Assembly: GCA_963754315.1 (NCBI GenBank)
Contig: CAVWFS010000014.1
Coordinates: forward strand, 32,001 to 96,000
DNA from: an uncultured Candidatus Rokubacteria bacterium
GTDB taxonomy: Bacteria > Methylomirabilota > Methylomirabilia > Rokubacteriales > CSP1-6
DNA: 64,000 nt
Direction: 5' to 3'
The notes beneath the pieces were generated by a model. It searched no databases. It was not told the DNA's origin and was given only the letters and a program-made list of their open reading frames with translations. Below are positions 8,984 through 18,558 of the stretch, piece by piece (the stretch's first letter is position 1; every line of letters begins with the position of its first letter). Position numbers and translations under genes: made by a program.

Positions 8984-10684
8984 TCACTCGGGAGCGACGA
9001 GCCCCTGTTCTTCCGGATAGACGAACGGACGCCCGGTGAGGATCCCGTCGCAGATCACGTCAAGGCCGGCGCTGTGCCCTGGCGCACACTGGTCGAGGCG
9101 TGCGAGCTCGAGTTGATAGGGCAACCAGCCCTTGCGCGGTCGCATGAACTCCACGGGGATCATCCGGCGAAAGAAGAAGTGGTACGCGTAGAGACGGGCG
9201 CGCCGCACCACCTCGTCGGAAAGGCGGCGGCCAAGGGGTAGCTGGTCGAGTAGACGCGAGTAATCCTCGGGAGAGGAGGCGTCCATCGTGAGCCCCTTGC
9301 CCCGAATCCATGCTTCGCCGGCCACGATGACCGGCACTCCTTGGCTCGACAACTCGACCCCGGTCTTGGTTCCGTAGATGATCACGGCGTCACACTGGAG
9401 CATGGTGGCATACGTGCTGATCGGATCATCGGGTCCGATCAGAAAGACGTTGCGGGGGAGGGTGGGATAGTGACGCCGGATCTCTGCCACCATCGGCTGC
9501 CGCGAGGGTAAGGTCCCGCGAATCTCGGCCGGATGAACGCGGACGAGCAGTTGGAGATCCGGCCGTTTCTCGAAATACGCGATGGTCTGCAGAGCCCAGT
9601 CGAGCATGCTCGGAAAGGCGTTGCTCGGGTAGTGGATCTGGGCATCCCACATGACGTTGGTGAGCATGCCCACGCAGGGTCGCGAGAAGTCCACGCCGAG
9701 GCGTCGCGCGATCTCGGCCACATCCTCCACCGGGCGCTCGTGGAACCAGATCCAGTCGCGTCCACCGTGGCGACGACTGTGGAGGTACGCCATGACCTCC
9801 CGCTCAAGATGGGCCGTCCACGCGAGGCGTTCCCAGGTTTCGGTGGGTTCAGTCATGATGGTGCGGTGGTAGGTGTCGCCATGACTGAAGATGAAGCGAC
9901 GCCGACGATAGGCCGCGTTCCAGTTCACCACCCGCACACCGGCGCGACGCGCCGTCTCGCCCACCAGTCCCTGCGGCACGTAGATGCCGTGCTGGGATAC
10001 CACCGCCTCGAAGGGGGCCGTCGCGAACAACCGGCGCACGGCGAGCGTCGTGAGCAGAGCGGCGCGGAAATAGCGGCGTACCACCCCGTCTGCGTAGGGC
10101 TCGCCCTCGAGGCTACCCCGCGCGTAGAAACGGAAGGCCCCGGCCAGGGCGTGCTCGCCCACGGCAACCCCATCTCGAACATATCGCTCCATCTCCGGGC
10201 GGCTCAGCGTTTGCGCCAGCCGATCCACTTCGGCCTTTTCCACGGCGGCGACCAGGCTTCCGTAGAGGTGGAGGGGGAGCCCCAGCGGCGCGTAGGCGCG
10301 TTGGCCGGGTACGAAGCAGACGTGGCACAGACCCCCCTGCGGGCCGCCGCGCACAAACCGTCGATGGTCGGGAAACCACGTGGTTTCGGTCAGCTCGCAG
10401 GCTGGCAGCACGCGGTCGCAGAGCAGGATGTGCACCTCCGCCCCTCGCAGGGTGAGGGCCACGGCCAGAAGACTCTCCAGGCTGACGGCGCTGGGGTTCC
10501 CGCCGACGCCGGTCGCGATCAGCACGCGGGGTCCCCCCCGCGCGCGAGCGCGCGCTTCGTCCCACTGGCTCCGGTCCCGACCCACGATGGCCCCCCAGTC
10601 GGGAAAGGCATAGGTTCGGGCGCGCCACCAGCGCACCAGAAGCCTCAACCCGATCGAACGCTTGAGGAGCTGGCGAAACTGCAT
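8984..10684 (-). CDS. Capsule polysaccharide biosynthesis protein (KpsS/Capsule_synth-like, putative CMP-ulosonate transferase), paralog 1
   Basis: TNVMWDAQ, LLVRVHPAE, GTKTGVEL..QGVPVIVAGEAW; last gene of the neuB-neuA operon; TGATG coupling. Confidence 0.7.
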   Translation of the reverse strand: MQFRQLLKRSIGLRLLVRWWRARTYAFPDWGAIVGRDRSQWDEARARARGGPRVLIATGVGGNPSAVSLESLLAVALTLRGAEVHILLCDRVLPACELTETTWFPDHRRFVRGGPQGGLCHVCFVPGQRAYAPLGLPLHLYGSLVAAVEKAEVDRLAQTLSRPEMERYVRDGVAVGEHALAGAFRFYARGSLEGEPYADGVVRRYFRAALLTTLAVRRLFATAPFEAVVSQHGIYVPQGLVGETARRAGVRVVNWNAAYRRRRFIFSHGDTYHRTIMTEPTETWERLAWTAHLEREVMAYLHSRRHGGRDWIWFHERPVEDVAEIARRLGVDFSRPCVGMLTNVMWDAQIHYPSNAFPSMLDWALQTIAYFEKRPDLQLLVRVHPAEIRGTLPSRQPMVAEIRRHYPTLPRNVFLIGPDDPISTYATMLQCDAVIIYGTKTGVELSSQGVPVIVAGEAWIRGKGLTMDASSPEDYSRLLDQLPLGRRLSDEVVRRARLYAYHFFFRRMIPVEFMRPRKGWLPYQLELARLDQCAPGHSAGLDVICDGILTGRPFVYPEEQGLVAPE

Positions 10685-11373
10685 CAGGCTCCTCGGGCCG
10701 TGAGCCGTCCCAGGAACGCCTCTGGTGCGGGGAGGGCGGGGATCAGCCACCAAGGGTCGTGGGGTTCCAGATCGGCGAGTCCGTAGGAGCCTGAGGCAAC
10801 GGCGACGGCGCGAGCGCCGATGGCCCGCGCACACATGATGTCGTGCGGCGTGTCTCCGATGACGTAGGTGTCCTCCATCCGGGGCTCTTGTCCGAGTAGC
10901 TCGCGGGCGACCACGACGGCCCTCCGCGCGATGGCGCCGCGGTCTCGGACGCCATCCGCGAACGCTCCGCGCTCGAAATAGTGAGCGAGCCCATAGTGGC
11001 GAAGCTTTGCCCATGCCCCCGCCTCGGTATTCCCGGTGAGCAGGATGGAGACGACGGCTGACTGCCCGCGCAAGTGCTCGAGGATGGCTCGCACACCGGG
11101 CACCACCTGGCCTACGCGCCTGTGCAGTCGGTCCGGAAGCAGTTCCTCATAGCGCCGCACCAGCACGCCAACCGCGGTCGGTGTCGGATCAGGATCGAAC
11201 CGGGCCAGGATTCTGGCGGCGATCTCGGTGTCGGTCAAGCCCGCGGTGGCCAGGGCCGAGAAGTCGACCGTCTGGCCAACGATGTCGCGCGTGGCGTCCT
11301 CCCACGCGAAGATGCCGGCGCGGGCGGTGCTCAGCAGGGTGCCGTCGATGTCCCAGCAGAGAACGAGGGTCAT
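10684..11373 (-). CDS. HAD-superfamily hydrolase/phosphatase
   Basis: WDIDGTL motif I, LTGN, K, IGDTPHD motif IV. Confidence 0.88.
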   Translation of the reverse strand: MTLVLCWDIDGTLLSTARAGIFAWEDATRDIVGQTVDFSALATAGLTDTEIAARILARFDPDPTPTAVGVLVRRYEELLPDRLHRRVGQVVPGVRAILEHLRGQSAVVSILLTGNTEAGAWAKLRHYGLAHYFERGAFADGVRDRGAIARRAVVVARELLGQEPRMEDTYVIGDTPHDIMCARAIGARAVAVASGSYGLADLEPHDPWWLIPALPAPEAFLGRLTARGA

Positions 11374-13289
11374 CCCTCGCCTGCGAGGGACCGACGGATT
11401 TGCTCGGCGATGCTTTCGGCATCGAGCCCGTGGCCTTTGAGCACCTCGCTGTTTCCCCCGCAAAGGGGAATCCGTGTCACGCCCAGTCGGCGAACCCGGG
11501 GGAGGGGCCGCCGGGGCAGCTCGGCGAGGGCGGCAAGGATCATCTGTCCTTGGCCACCGTGCAGGTAGTGGTTGTCGAGGGTAAAGATCCACGGAAAGCG
11601 CCCGGCGACCTCAGCCAACCATTCACGGTCGACGCGGTTCAGCCAGGGAAGATCAATCACGGCCACCTCGAGCCCGGCCTGCCGGGTCAGTAGTTCGGCG
11701 GCGCGGTACGCCTGCGTGAGCAGCACCGGTCCGTACCCGATCATGGCGGCGGCACTTCCCTCGCGCAAGAGGACACCTCGCCCGAGCCGGAGACAGTGGT
11801 CGGACGGAAGGGTATAGGGAATCTCGGCCGGGATTGACACCAGGCGGATGTAGCACGAGGACGGGGCGATATTCACGCAGAAATCGAGCGCCGCTTCCGT
11901 TTCATCCTCTGTGCTCGGCTCGATCATGATCAGATCCGGCACCCCGGCCAGGGCTGCAATATCACGCACCGATTGATGACTGTGACCCGGACCGGCAGGC
12001 AGGACTCCTGCCAGCGAGCCGACGTAGACAATCTTCGTCCGCTCCGTGGCGTTGTTGTAGATATGCTCGTTGGGGCGCGTGGAGAGGAAGCACGCGAAGG
12101 AATGCACCACGGGCAGGAGGCCTCGGCGAGCCATGCCCCCTGCCTGTGAAACCATGTCCTGCTCGGCAATGCCGCACTCGAAGAATCGATCGGGAAAGCG
12201 CTGGCGGAACGGGATCAACCCGCAGTCGAGTACCAAGTCGGCGTCGAGGACCACCAGACGCGGATGACGCTCGGCCTGGTGCACGAGCGCGCGCGAGTAC
12301 GCGGTGACGAGCCGCTGCACATGCCCCGGGATCGGCATTTCGGGGCGAGGTTCCCGCTCGAGCCGGAGCTCACCGGCGGCCGCCTCGGCCAGCCGCTGGC
12401 GGGCGGTGACGAGCAACTCCTCGACGGCCTTGGCGTACACCTCGGGGCTGGGTGCTCCGCTATGAAACCGGTAGAGGCCATCGGCAGGATCAATGGCCCC
12501 CGGTTCCATGAACGACACGCCCTTCCCCTTGACGGTATCGGCGATCAACACCTTAGGCCGGTCGACAATGGCTCGGAGCCTCTGGAATGCGCGAGCCACC
12601 GCGCTCAGATCGTGACCGTCCGCGCGTTCCACGTGCCATCCGAAGGCCCCGAACTTGGCGGCGAGGTCACCGAGGTCGCTGACGTCAGCGACCCAGGTGT
12701 CTGACTGAATCTTGTTGTGGTCGACGATCACGGTGATCTCGCCCAGCCCGCGCGCGGTCGCCGATGGAAGCGACTCCCAAATCTGCCCCTCCTGGAGCTC
12801 CCCGTCGCCCGTCATGACGTACACGTGCGAGGACACCCCGAGCAGACGATTGGCAAGGACCATCCCTTTCGCCTTAGAGATCCCCATGCCGAGCGAGCCC
12901 GTGTTGGCCTCGACGAAGGGCGTCGAGACATCGGGATGACCGGGGAGCCCGTCGAGGCGCCGGAGTCGGTGAATGAGCGGGAACTCGATCAAGCCGACGC
13001 CCATGAGTACCGCGTAGAGCGCGGGAGCGTCGTGACCCTTCGAGGAGAAATAGAGATCGCCGACGGTGCCGGGGCCGGCCGGGAGGCGCATCTCCTCGAG
13101 AAAGAGCCAACTCAGAAGATCGAGCGCGCTGAAGGAGGTTCCGATGTGGCCAGACCCCGCTCGCGCGATCATGTAGAGGATGTTGATCCGGCAGGCGGCA
13201 GCGAACGCCGCCACCCGGCGCTCTTGTGTCGTCTCGAGGCTCCGCAGGCGGCTCAGCTCGGACAGCGGCACGTAGGTAAGATCGGCCAT
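11370..13289 (-). CDS. Transketolase-like ThDP enzyme (N- and C-terminal domains in one chain)
   Basis: SGHIG, SKGH, LPGHP, TGSLGMG, GDGELQEG...N, TVKGKG, GIAEQ, GHSHQS. Confidence 0.88.
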   Translation of the reverse strand: MADLTYVPLSELSRLRSLETTQERRVAAFAAACRINILYMIARAGSGHIGTSFSALDLLSWLFLEEMRLPAGPGTVGDLYFSSKGHDAPALYAVLMGVGLIEFPLIHRLRRLDGLPGHPDVSTPFVEANTGSLGMGISKAKGMVLANRLLGVSSHVYVMTGDGELQEGQIWESLPSATARGLGEITVIVDHNKIQSDTWVADVSDLGDLAAKFGAFGWHVERADGHDLSAVARAFQRLRAIVDRPKVLIADTVKGKGVSFMEPGAIDPADGLYRFHSGAPSPEVYAKAVEELLVTARQRLAEAAAGELRLEREPRPEMPIPGHVQRLVTAYSRALVHQAERHPRLVVLDADLVLDCGLIPFRQRFPDRFFECGIAEQDMVSQAGGMARRGLLPVVHSFACFLSTRPNEHIYNNATERTKIVYVGSLAGVLPAGPGHSHQSVRDIAALAGVPDLIMIEPSTEDETEAALDFCVNIAPSSCYIRLVSIPAEIPYTLPSDHCLRLGRGVLLREGSAAAMIGYGPVLLTQAYRAAELLTRQAGLEVAVIDLPWLNRVDREWLAEVAGRFPWIFTLDNHYLHGGQGQMILAALAELPRRPLPRVRRLGVTRIPLCGGNSEVLKGHGLDAESIAEQIRRSLAGEG

Positions 13290-13321
13290 GAGCCCTCCGC
13301 GGGCGTAGGGTTGGCGGTGGC

Positions 13322-14095
13322 TCAGTCGCCTGGTATCTCGATCGGCACCGGTGGCTCCGCGATATGGAAGAGCCGGGCCTCCCCGCTCTGGAGCAGCTCT
13401 TCGGCGTGGCGCCAGTCGCGCGTGTCGTTGATATCGAAGCCTTCGAATCCCTGCGTGAAGAACGGCATCAGCACGTGGCCGGCGATGGTGCGTCCTTCAA
13501 AGACGACCCGCGTCCACGCGATCTCCAGGCTGGCGTTCTGGGCGTAGACCTCGAACAGCGAGGCGTACTGGCTACTGTGCCATGGTTGCTCGGGGGGGCC
13601 CATGGGGAGAATCGGAAGCAGCCGACGCCCGCGGACGATCCACATCTTGGCCGGGTGCTGCCGGCACTTCTCCACCGCCCGCAGTGAGTCCACTCCCACT
13701 TCGGCTCGGAACTCACGCCACGCGCGCTGGATGGTTTCCGGGGTCCGTAACGGGCTGGTGGGGCGCAGGATGCTGAAACAATCGTACCGACGCCCCTCAT
13801 CGGCCAGCCGCCGCAGGGTGTACTCGACCCACTCGATGTCGGGTGACGTTTCGGTCGCGTATTCGGCCGGCCGCAGGAATGGCACCTCGGCCCCATAGTG
13901 CTTGGCGATGTCGGCGATGAGAGGCGAGTCCGTCGAGACCAGCACCGCGTCGAACACCCCGCTGGCCCGGGCCACGGCAATCGTGTAGGCAATGGCGGGG
14001 TGCTGACCGAGGCGCCGGATGTTCTTGTGCTTGACACGCTTGGAGCCCGAACGGGCCGGGATCAACCCGACGATGCTGGGAACCGGGGTGGACAT
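13322..14095 (-). CDS. neuA: Acylneuraminate cytidylyltransferase (NeuA-like)
   Basis: IPARSGSKRVKHKN, VSTDS, VPFLRP, LRPTSPLR, DIND. Confidence 0.85.
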   Translation of the reverse strand: MSTPVPSIVGLIPARSGSKRVKHKNIRRLGQHPAIAYTIAVARASGVFDAVLVSTDSPLIADIAKHYGAEVPFLRPAEYATETSPDIEWVEYTLRRLADEGRRYDCFSILRPTSPLRTPETIQRAWREFRAEVGVDSLRAVEKCRQHPAKMWIVRGRRLLPILPMGPPEQPWHSSQYASLFEVYAQNASLEIAWTRVVFEGRTIAGHVLMPFFTQGFEGFDINDTRDWRHAEELLQSGEARLFHIAEPPVPIEIPGD

Positions 14096-14107
14096 TCCAT
14101 GTAGCTC

Positions 14108-14920
14108 TTACCAGACCGTGAAGCCGCCGTCCACCTGCAGATTGATCCCCGTCACGTAGCGCGCTGCCTCGGAAGCCAAGAAGATCAGCGGTCCCGCCAG
14201 ATCGGACGGTTCCGCCATGCGCCCCATCGGGACACGAGTCACGTACTTACGCACAAACTCCTCGTCCTGCCCCCCCGCCACCCCGCCCGGCGAGAGCGCG
14301 TTCACGCGCACTCCATGCCGCCCCCAGAGCGCCGCAAAGTACATGGTGAGGTTCACCACCGCCGCCTTAGAGGCACCGTAGGCAGGCGGCTTGAGGAACG
14401 GCGGCTCGCTCGGCAGGTGATCGTAGAAGCGCTGATCGGGGGCGACGGCAGCATACAGCGAACCGATGTTGATGATCGAGCCGCGACCGCTCGCCACCAT
14501 GGCCGGGCCAAACGTCTGGATCGCTTGAAAGGCGCCGAGCACATTCACCTCAAAGACATCGCGGAAAAGCTCGGCGGGGATGTCTTCCACGCGATAGCTA
14601 CGGGGCAGAAGGGTGGGGGGCTGATCAATGCCGGCATTGTTGAGCAATACGGAGGGCGGCCAGCCCACACGGTGACACCCCTCGCGGGCCTGGGTCAGCG
14701 ACGTTCGATCGGTGACGTCGGCCCGTACCAAGCGTAACCGCTCCTCACCGTGACGGTCGAGCAAGCGCGCGAACGCGTCGGGAATTTTGGCCTCGACGAG
14801 GTCGAGCCCGACCACCCGGGCTCCGGCGTCCAGGAAGCCCTCGATCCAGATCGGACCCAGCCGTCCGAGGGCTCCCGTGACAAGGGCCACCTCACCCGTG
14901 AGGTCCCAGGCGCGCCTCAC
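14108..14920 (-). CDS. SDR family oxidoreductase
   Basis: TGALGRLG, NNAG, YGASK, VRVNALSPGG, DGG. Confidence 0.9.
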   Translation of the reverse strand: MRRAWDLTGEVALVTGALGRLGPIWIEGFLDAGARVVGLDLVEAKIPDAFARLLDRHGEERLRLVRADVTDRTSLTQAREGCHRVGWPPSVLLNNAGIDQPPTLLPRSYRVEDIPAELFRDVFEVNVLGAFQAIQTFGPAMVASGRGSIINIGSLYAAVAPDQRFYDHLPSEPPFLKPPAYGASKAAVVNLTMYFAALWGRHGVRVNALSPGGVAGGQDEEFVRKYVTRVPMGRMAEPSDLAGPLIFLASEAARYVTGINLQVDGGFTVW

Positions 14921-15999
14921 GGGCTCGGGCCGAGCATGTCTAGTTGAATAGCCTCGTCGGTATCGAGATCCTTGCGCAGCACGCGGCCGATCACCTGGGA
15001 GAACTGGTAGGGCTCGAGCCCATCCCCACCCGGAGACTTGATGCTCACGTCAGCGGCGGTGAGCACCTGGCCGGAACGGAGGGGGTGAGCGGCCACGAGT
15101 TTCTTGCCCATCTTGGTGATCCCCGGGATCTCGCTGGGATAGACGCGCTTTCTCCCGTCACCCAGGGCGACGCGGATTCGTGTCAGGTCCCGGACCGTCT
15201 TCCGCAGTCCTACCGGTTCCAGGGAGAAGGCGTGGTCCGTCCCCTTCAGAGCCCGGTTCAAGGTGAAATGTTTCTCGACAATCCTGGCGCCAAGCACGTA
15301 GGCGGCCACCGCCATGGCGATCCCGTTATCATGGGCGGAGAGTCCGACGACGACGTCGCGGAAGAGGCTCCGGTAGGTCTCAATCACCCGGAGGTCGAGC
15401 TCTTCGAACGCGGCCGGATAGCTGGCCGTGCACTGGAGGATGGCCAGCTGTCGGTTGATCGGCATCACCGTGTCGTAGGCACGCCTGACGTCCTCGAGGG
15501 TGCCACCCCCCGTGCTCATGACGATGGGTTTCCCCATGCGGGCTACGTGGGTGAGGAGGGGGATGTTCCGCAAGTCGGCCGAGGCGATCTTGTAGGCCGG
15601 CATGTCGAGACGCGCCAAGAAGTCGGCACTGGGAATATCAAAGGCGGTCGCGAAGAAGGTGATCCCCAGCTCGCGGGCGACCTGCTGAAGCTCGACGTAC
15701 TCGGTCTTCCCGAACTCGAGAAATTCACGGTGTTCACCGTACGTGCGGCCGAAGCTGTTCTCGTGATCATATGGCCGATCATACATATCACGGGTAAAGA
15801 GGGTCCGGTTGTCGCGCTTCTGAAGCTTGACCGCCGAGGCGCCGGCCGCCTTGGCTTCGCGGAACAACTGGCGGCATTTCTCCAGATCTCCCTGGTGATT
15901 GTGGCCGATCTCGGCGATCACCCAACAGGGAGACTCATCGGAGATCTCCTGCCCGTCGATCACTATCGCGCGTCTCGTCGTCGCCTCGCCGCGTACCAA
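14917..15999 (-). CDS. neuB: N-acetylneuraminate synthase family protein (NeuB-like, C-terminal SAF domain)
   Basis: IAEIGHNHQG, AVKLQ, KIASAD, STG, QCTASYP, GLSAH, EKHFTL, GTDHAFSLEP; TTG start inferred. Confidence 0.88.
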   Translation of the reverse strand: MVRGEATTRRAIVIDGQEISDESPCWVIAEIGHNHQGDLEKCRQLFREAKAAGASAVKLQKRDNRTLFTRDMYDRPYDHENSFGRTYGEHREFLEFGKTEYVELQQVARELGITFFATAFDIPSADFLARLDMPAYKIASADLRNIPLLTHVARMGKPIVMSTGGGTLEDVRRAYDTVMPINRQLAILQCTASYPAAFEELDLRVIETYRSLFRDVVVGLSAHDNGIAMAVAAYVLGARIVEKHFTLNRALKGTDHAFSLEPVGLRKTVRDLTRIRVALGDGRKRVYPSEIPGITKMGKKLVAAHPLRSGQVLTAADVSIKSPGGDGLEPYQFSQVIGRVLRKDLDTDEAIQLDMLGPSP

Positions 16000-16182
16000 G
16001 GGAGCCCCCCTGCTGGTCTCGAGATTGCGGTCGATTATCTGGGTCGGCCATTTCAGTGTCAAGAACGCTGGGGACAAATCACCCCCGAGCGCGCGCCGGG
16101 AGCCGGCCCTCCGTCGTTGGCGCGCGGTGCGCGGCGGCGCCGGTATCGATAGCCTCGAGGGCCTCGTCCTTTCGGGGCCCTG

Positions 16183-16188
16183 TATAAT
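16183..16188 (+). promoter_or_regulatory. Consensus -10 box for the right arm of the glycan locus
   Basis: TATAAT in the GC-rich divergent intergenic region. Confidence 0.5.
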
Positions 16189-16214
16189 GGGCAGTCGCGG
16201 ATGCTCACTGTGCG

Positions 16215-16340
16215 ATGATCTGCATCGGTTTGCCCATCCACAACGGCGCCCGATACCTGCGGCAGGCCCTCGATTCGCTACGCGCGCAATCCAGAGGTGA
16301 ATACCGACCGGTCCTCTTAGACGACGGGTCGGGATGCTGA
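16215..16340 (+). pseudogene. Truncated GT2 glycosyltransferase N-terminal remnant
   Basis: MICIGLPIHNGARYLRQALDSLRAQSRGEYRPVLLDDGSGC* matches the GT2 start (VSIGLPVYNG.YL..ALDS..AQ...DDGS); stops after 41 aa. Confidence 0.75.
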
Positions 16341-16400
16341 GTGATGAGCTTCGTCACCCCGTTCGCCACGTGCTTCCAGTGTGACCAAGGGTCTCCGACA

Positions 16401-18047
16401 ATGAGAGTGCCGCGGCGGGACGCGATCTGGCCCTGGCGATGGGGTAAGCGCAACGACGGTCAGTCCTCCACCACTCCTCGCCCTGGCCCCCGCGGCCGAA
16501 TCCTCATTGCCACGAGCCTCGGCGGTTATGCCCATGCCCAAGCCCTCGATGCGGCGCTGGCCACCGCCCTCCAACTCCGGGGGGGAGAGGTCCAGCTCTT
16601 GCTGTGTGACGGTGTTCTCCCTGCCTGTCAGATGTCCAAGGCCCCGCGGGTCACCGCCGAGACACTGGTCAGCATCGGGCAAGCCGCCTACTGCGCCATC
16701 TGCTTCGGCGAGGGCATCGATCGGTTCGGGAGACTCCCGCTGGTGACCTACAGCCAATTCCTGGCCGACGGTGATCGCCAGACCGCTGCTCGCCTCGCCG
16801 ACCAGGTTCCCCTGGACGACATCCGCGGGTTCCGCTTCCGCGAGCTGGCTGTTGGCGAGCACGCGTACGCGGGCGCGCTGCGCTTCTTTGCCCGCGGCGA
16901 CCTGGACGGTGAACCCCATGGCGCCGCCGTCCTGCGTCGGTATCTACAGGCTGGTGTGGTGACCATCATGGCCCTCGACCGTCTGTTCGAGAGGCACCAC
17001 TTCGACGTGGTGGTGGCGCACCACGGGATCTACATCCCGCAGGGAATGATCGTCGAAGTGGCTCGCCGGCGCGGCGTTCGCATCGTCACCTGGAATCCTG
17101 CCTACCGCAAGCACTCCTTCATCTTCAGCCACGACGACACATACCATCACACCATGATGTCCGAGCCGCCGGACACCTGGGCGCACCTGCCCCTGACCGA
17201 CGAGCTCAGACAGCACACTCTGCGATATCTGGAGAGCCGCCGCTCGGGAACGAACGACTGGATCTGGTTCCATGATCAGCCGCGCGAGGATGTCCGCCAT
17301 GTCCTGACCGAGATCGGGGCCTCCCCAGACAGGCCCTACCTGGCGCTTCTGACCAGCGTCGTGTGGGACGCCCAGTTGCACTACGCCTCCAATGCCTTTC
17401 CGACCATGCTCGAGTGGGTCCGTCAAACAATCCTGTATTTCCGAGGGCGGCCCGATCTGCAACTGGTCATCCGTGTGCATCCGGCCGAAGTGCGGGGCCT
17501 GGTACCCTCCCGGCAACGCATCGCGGACGAAGTGATGCGATGGTTTCCCGAGCTTCCGCCCAACGTCTTCGTGATCGGGCCCGAACACCAGGCGAGCACG
17601 TACGCCTTGACCGATCACGCCAACGCCGTCGCTATCTACAACACCAAGACGGGTGTCGAGGTCGCTGCCCAAGGGCGCCCGGTCATCGTGGCCGGGGAAG
17701 CATGGATCAGAGGCAAGGGGTTCTCCCTCGATGTGTCGAGCCCCGAGCACTACTTCGAGATCCTCGATCGCCTCCCATTCAGCACCGGGATGTCGGCCGA
17801 GCAGATCGATCGGGCCATCCGGTATGCCTACCACTTCTTCTTTCGCCGGATGATCCCGCTTCCCTTCATCGCCAGCGCAGGGCCCGCGCACTTCACTGTC
17901 AGCGCCGCCGATTCTCAGCTGGGTCCAAACGCCTTCCTCGGCCTGGATGTGGTGTGCGATGGCATTCTCAGCGGTTCTCCATTTGTGTACCCGTCGGAGT
18001 CGGTGCCCGACCCCCTGGCAGAACGTCATGAGGCTGCCGCCTCCTGA
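16401..18047 (+). CDS. Capsule polysaccharide biosynthesis protein (KpsS/Capsule_synth-like), paralog 2
   Basis: Colinear with 8984-10684 (AVGEHA, HGIY.PQG, WDAQ, RVHPAE, YAYHFFFRRMIP); start uncertain. Confidence 0.7.
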   Translation: MRVPRRDAIWPWRWGKRNDGQSSTTPRPGPRGRILIATSLGGYAHAQALDAALATALQLRGGEVQLLLCDGVLPACQMSKAPRVTAETLVSIGQAAYCAICFGEGIDRFGRLPLVTYSQFLADGDRQTAARLADQVPLDDIRGFRFRELAVGEHAYAGALRFFARGDLDGEPHGAAVLRRYLQAGVVTIMALDRLFERHHFDVVVAHHGIYIPQGMIVEVARRRGVRIVTWNPAYRKHSFIFSHDDTYHHTMMSEPPDTWAHLPLTDELRQHTLRYLESRRSGTNDWIWFHDQPREDVRHVLTEIGASPDRPYLALLTSVVWDAQLHYASNAFPTMLEWVRQTILYFRGRPDLQLVIRVHPAEVRGLVPSRQRIADEVMRWFPELPPNVFVIGPEHQASTYALTDHANAVAIYNTKTGVEVAAQGRPVIVAGEAWIRGKGFSLDVSSPEHYFEILDRLPFSTGMSAEQIDRAIRYAYHFFFRRMIPLPFIASAGPAHFTVSAADSQLGPNAFLGLDVVCDGILSGSPFVYPSESVPDPLAERHEAAAS

Positions 18048-18558
18048 GGCTCGGCCCCCGAGCGTGGTGCTGATCCTTCAACCCGACGAGCATACGGAGA
18101 GTGAGGATCTCCCCATCATGCGGGACTGCCTGGCCCAGGCCGGCCTTGGCTGGGTCGAGAGCACCGCCCACGCTCTCCCCGCGGCGGAATTTTCGGCGTT
18201 GGTGGTCCGGGGCTCGATCCCCATCCGTGGCTATCTGACCCCCCATACGTCGAGCCTGGAACCCCTCGATCAGGGCGTGCGCGAGATCATTCGCGCCTTC
18301 TTTGATGCGGGCAAGCCGATCGCGGCCCCTTGCATGGGTCTCGCCGTCGTGATCGAAGCGTTGTCGGACCTGTTGCCCCGCTCGCTGGTCCTCACGCCGG
18401 AATCGCCGTCAGGACCTATTGCCGTCTATTCCGCCCTCCGCCTGGTCACTACCCACCGCCCGCTCATCGGCCGCACGCCCGCTGAGATCTCGCACGCGCT
18501 CACGCAGGTCGTGAGTACCCTGCAACGCCTGCTGATGGGGCACCCTCTTCCGTGCTAG
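18028..18558 (+). CDS. DJ-1/PfpI (class I glutamine amidotransferase-like) fold protein
   Basis: REIIRAFFDAGKPIAAPCMG resembles the GKPIAAIC.G nucleophile elbow; overlaps both neighbours. Confidence 0.5.
   Translation: MRLPPPEARPPSVVLILQPDEHTESEDLPIMRDCLAQAGLGWVESTAHALPAAEFSALVVRGSIPIRGYLTPHTSSLEPLDQGVREIIRAFFDAGKPIAAPCMGLAVVIEALSDLLPRSLVLTPESPSGPIAVYSALRLVTTHRPLIGRTPAEISHALTQVVSTLQRLLMGHPLPC

Noticed and set aside
11370..13289. Housekeeping tkt or dxs
   Set aside because: Its position inside the neuB/neuA operon and the fused short-type architecture argue for a specialised role; no symbol assigned
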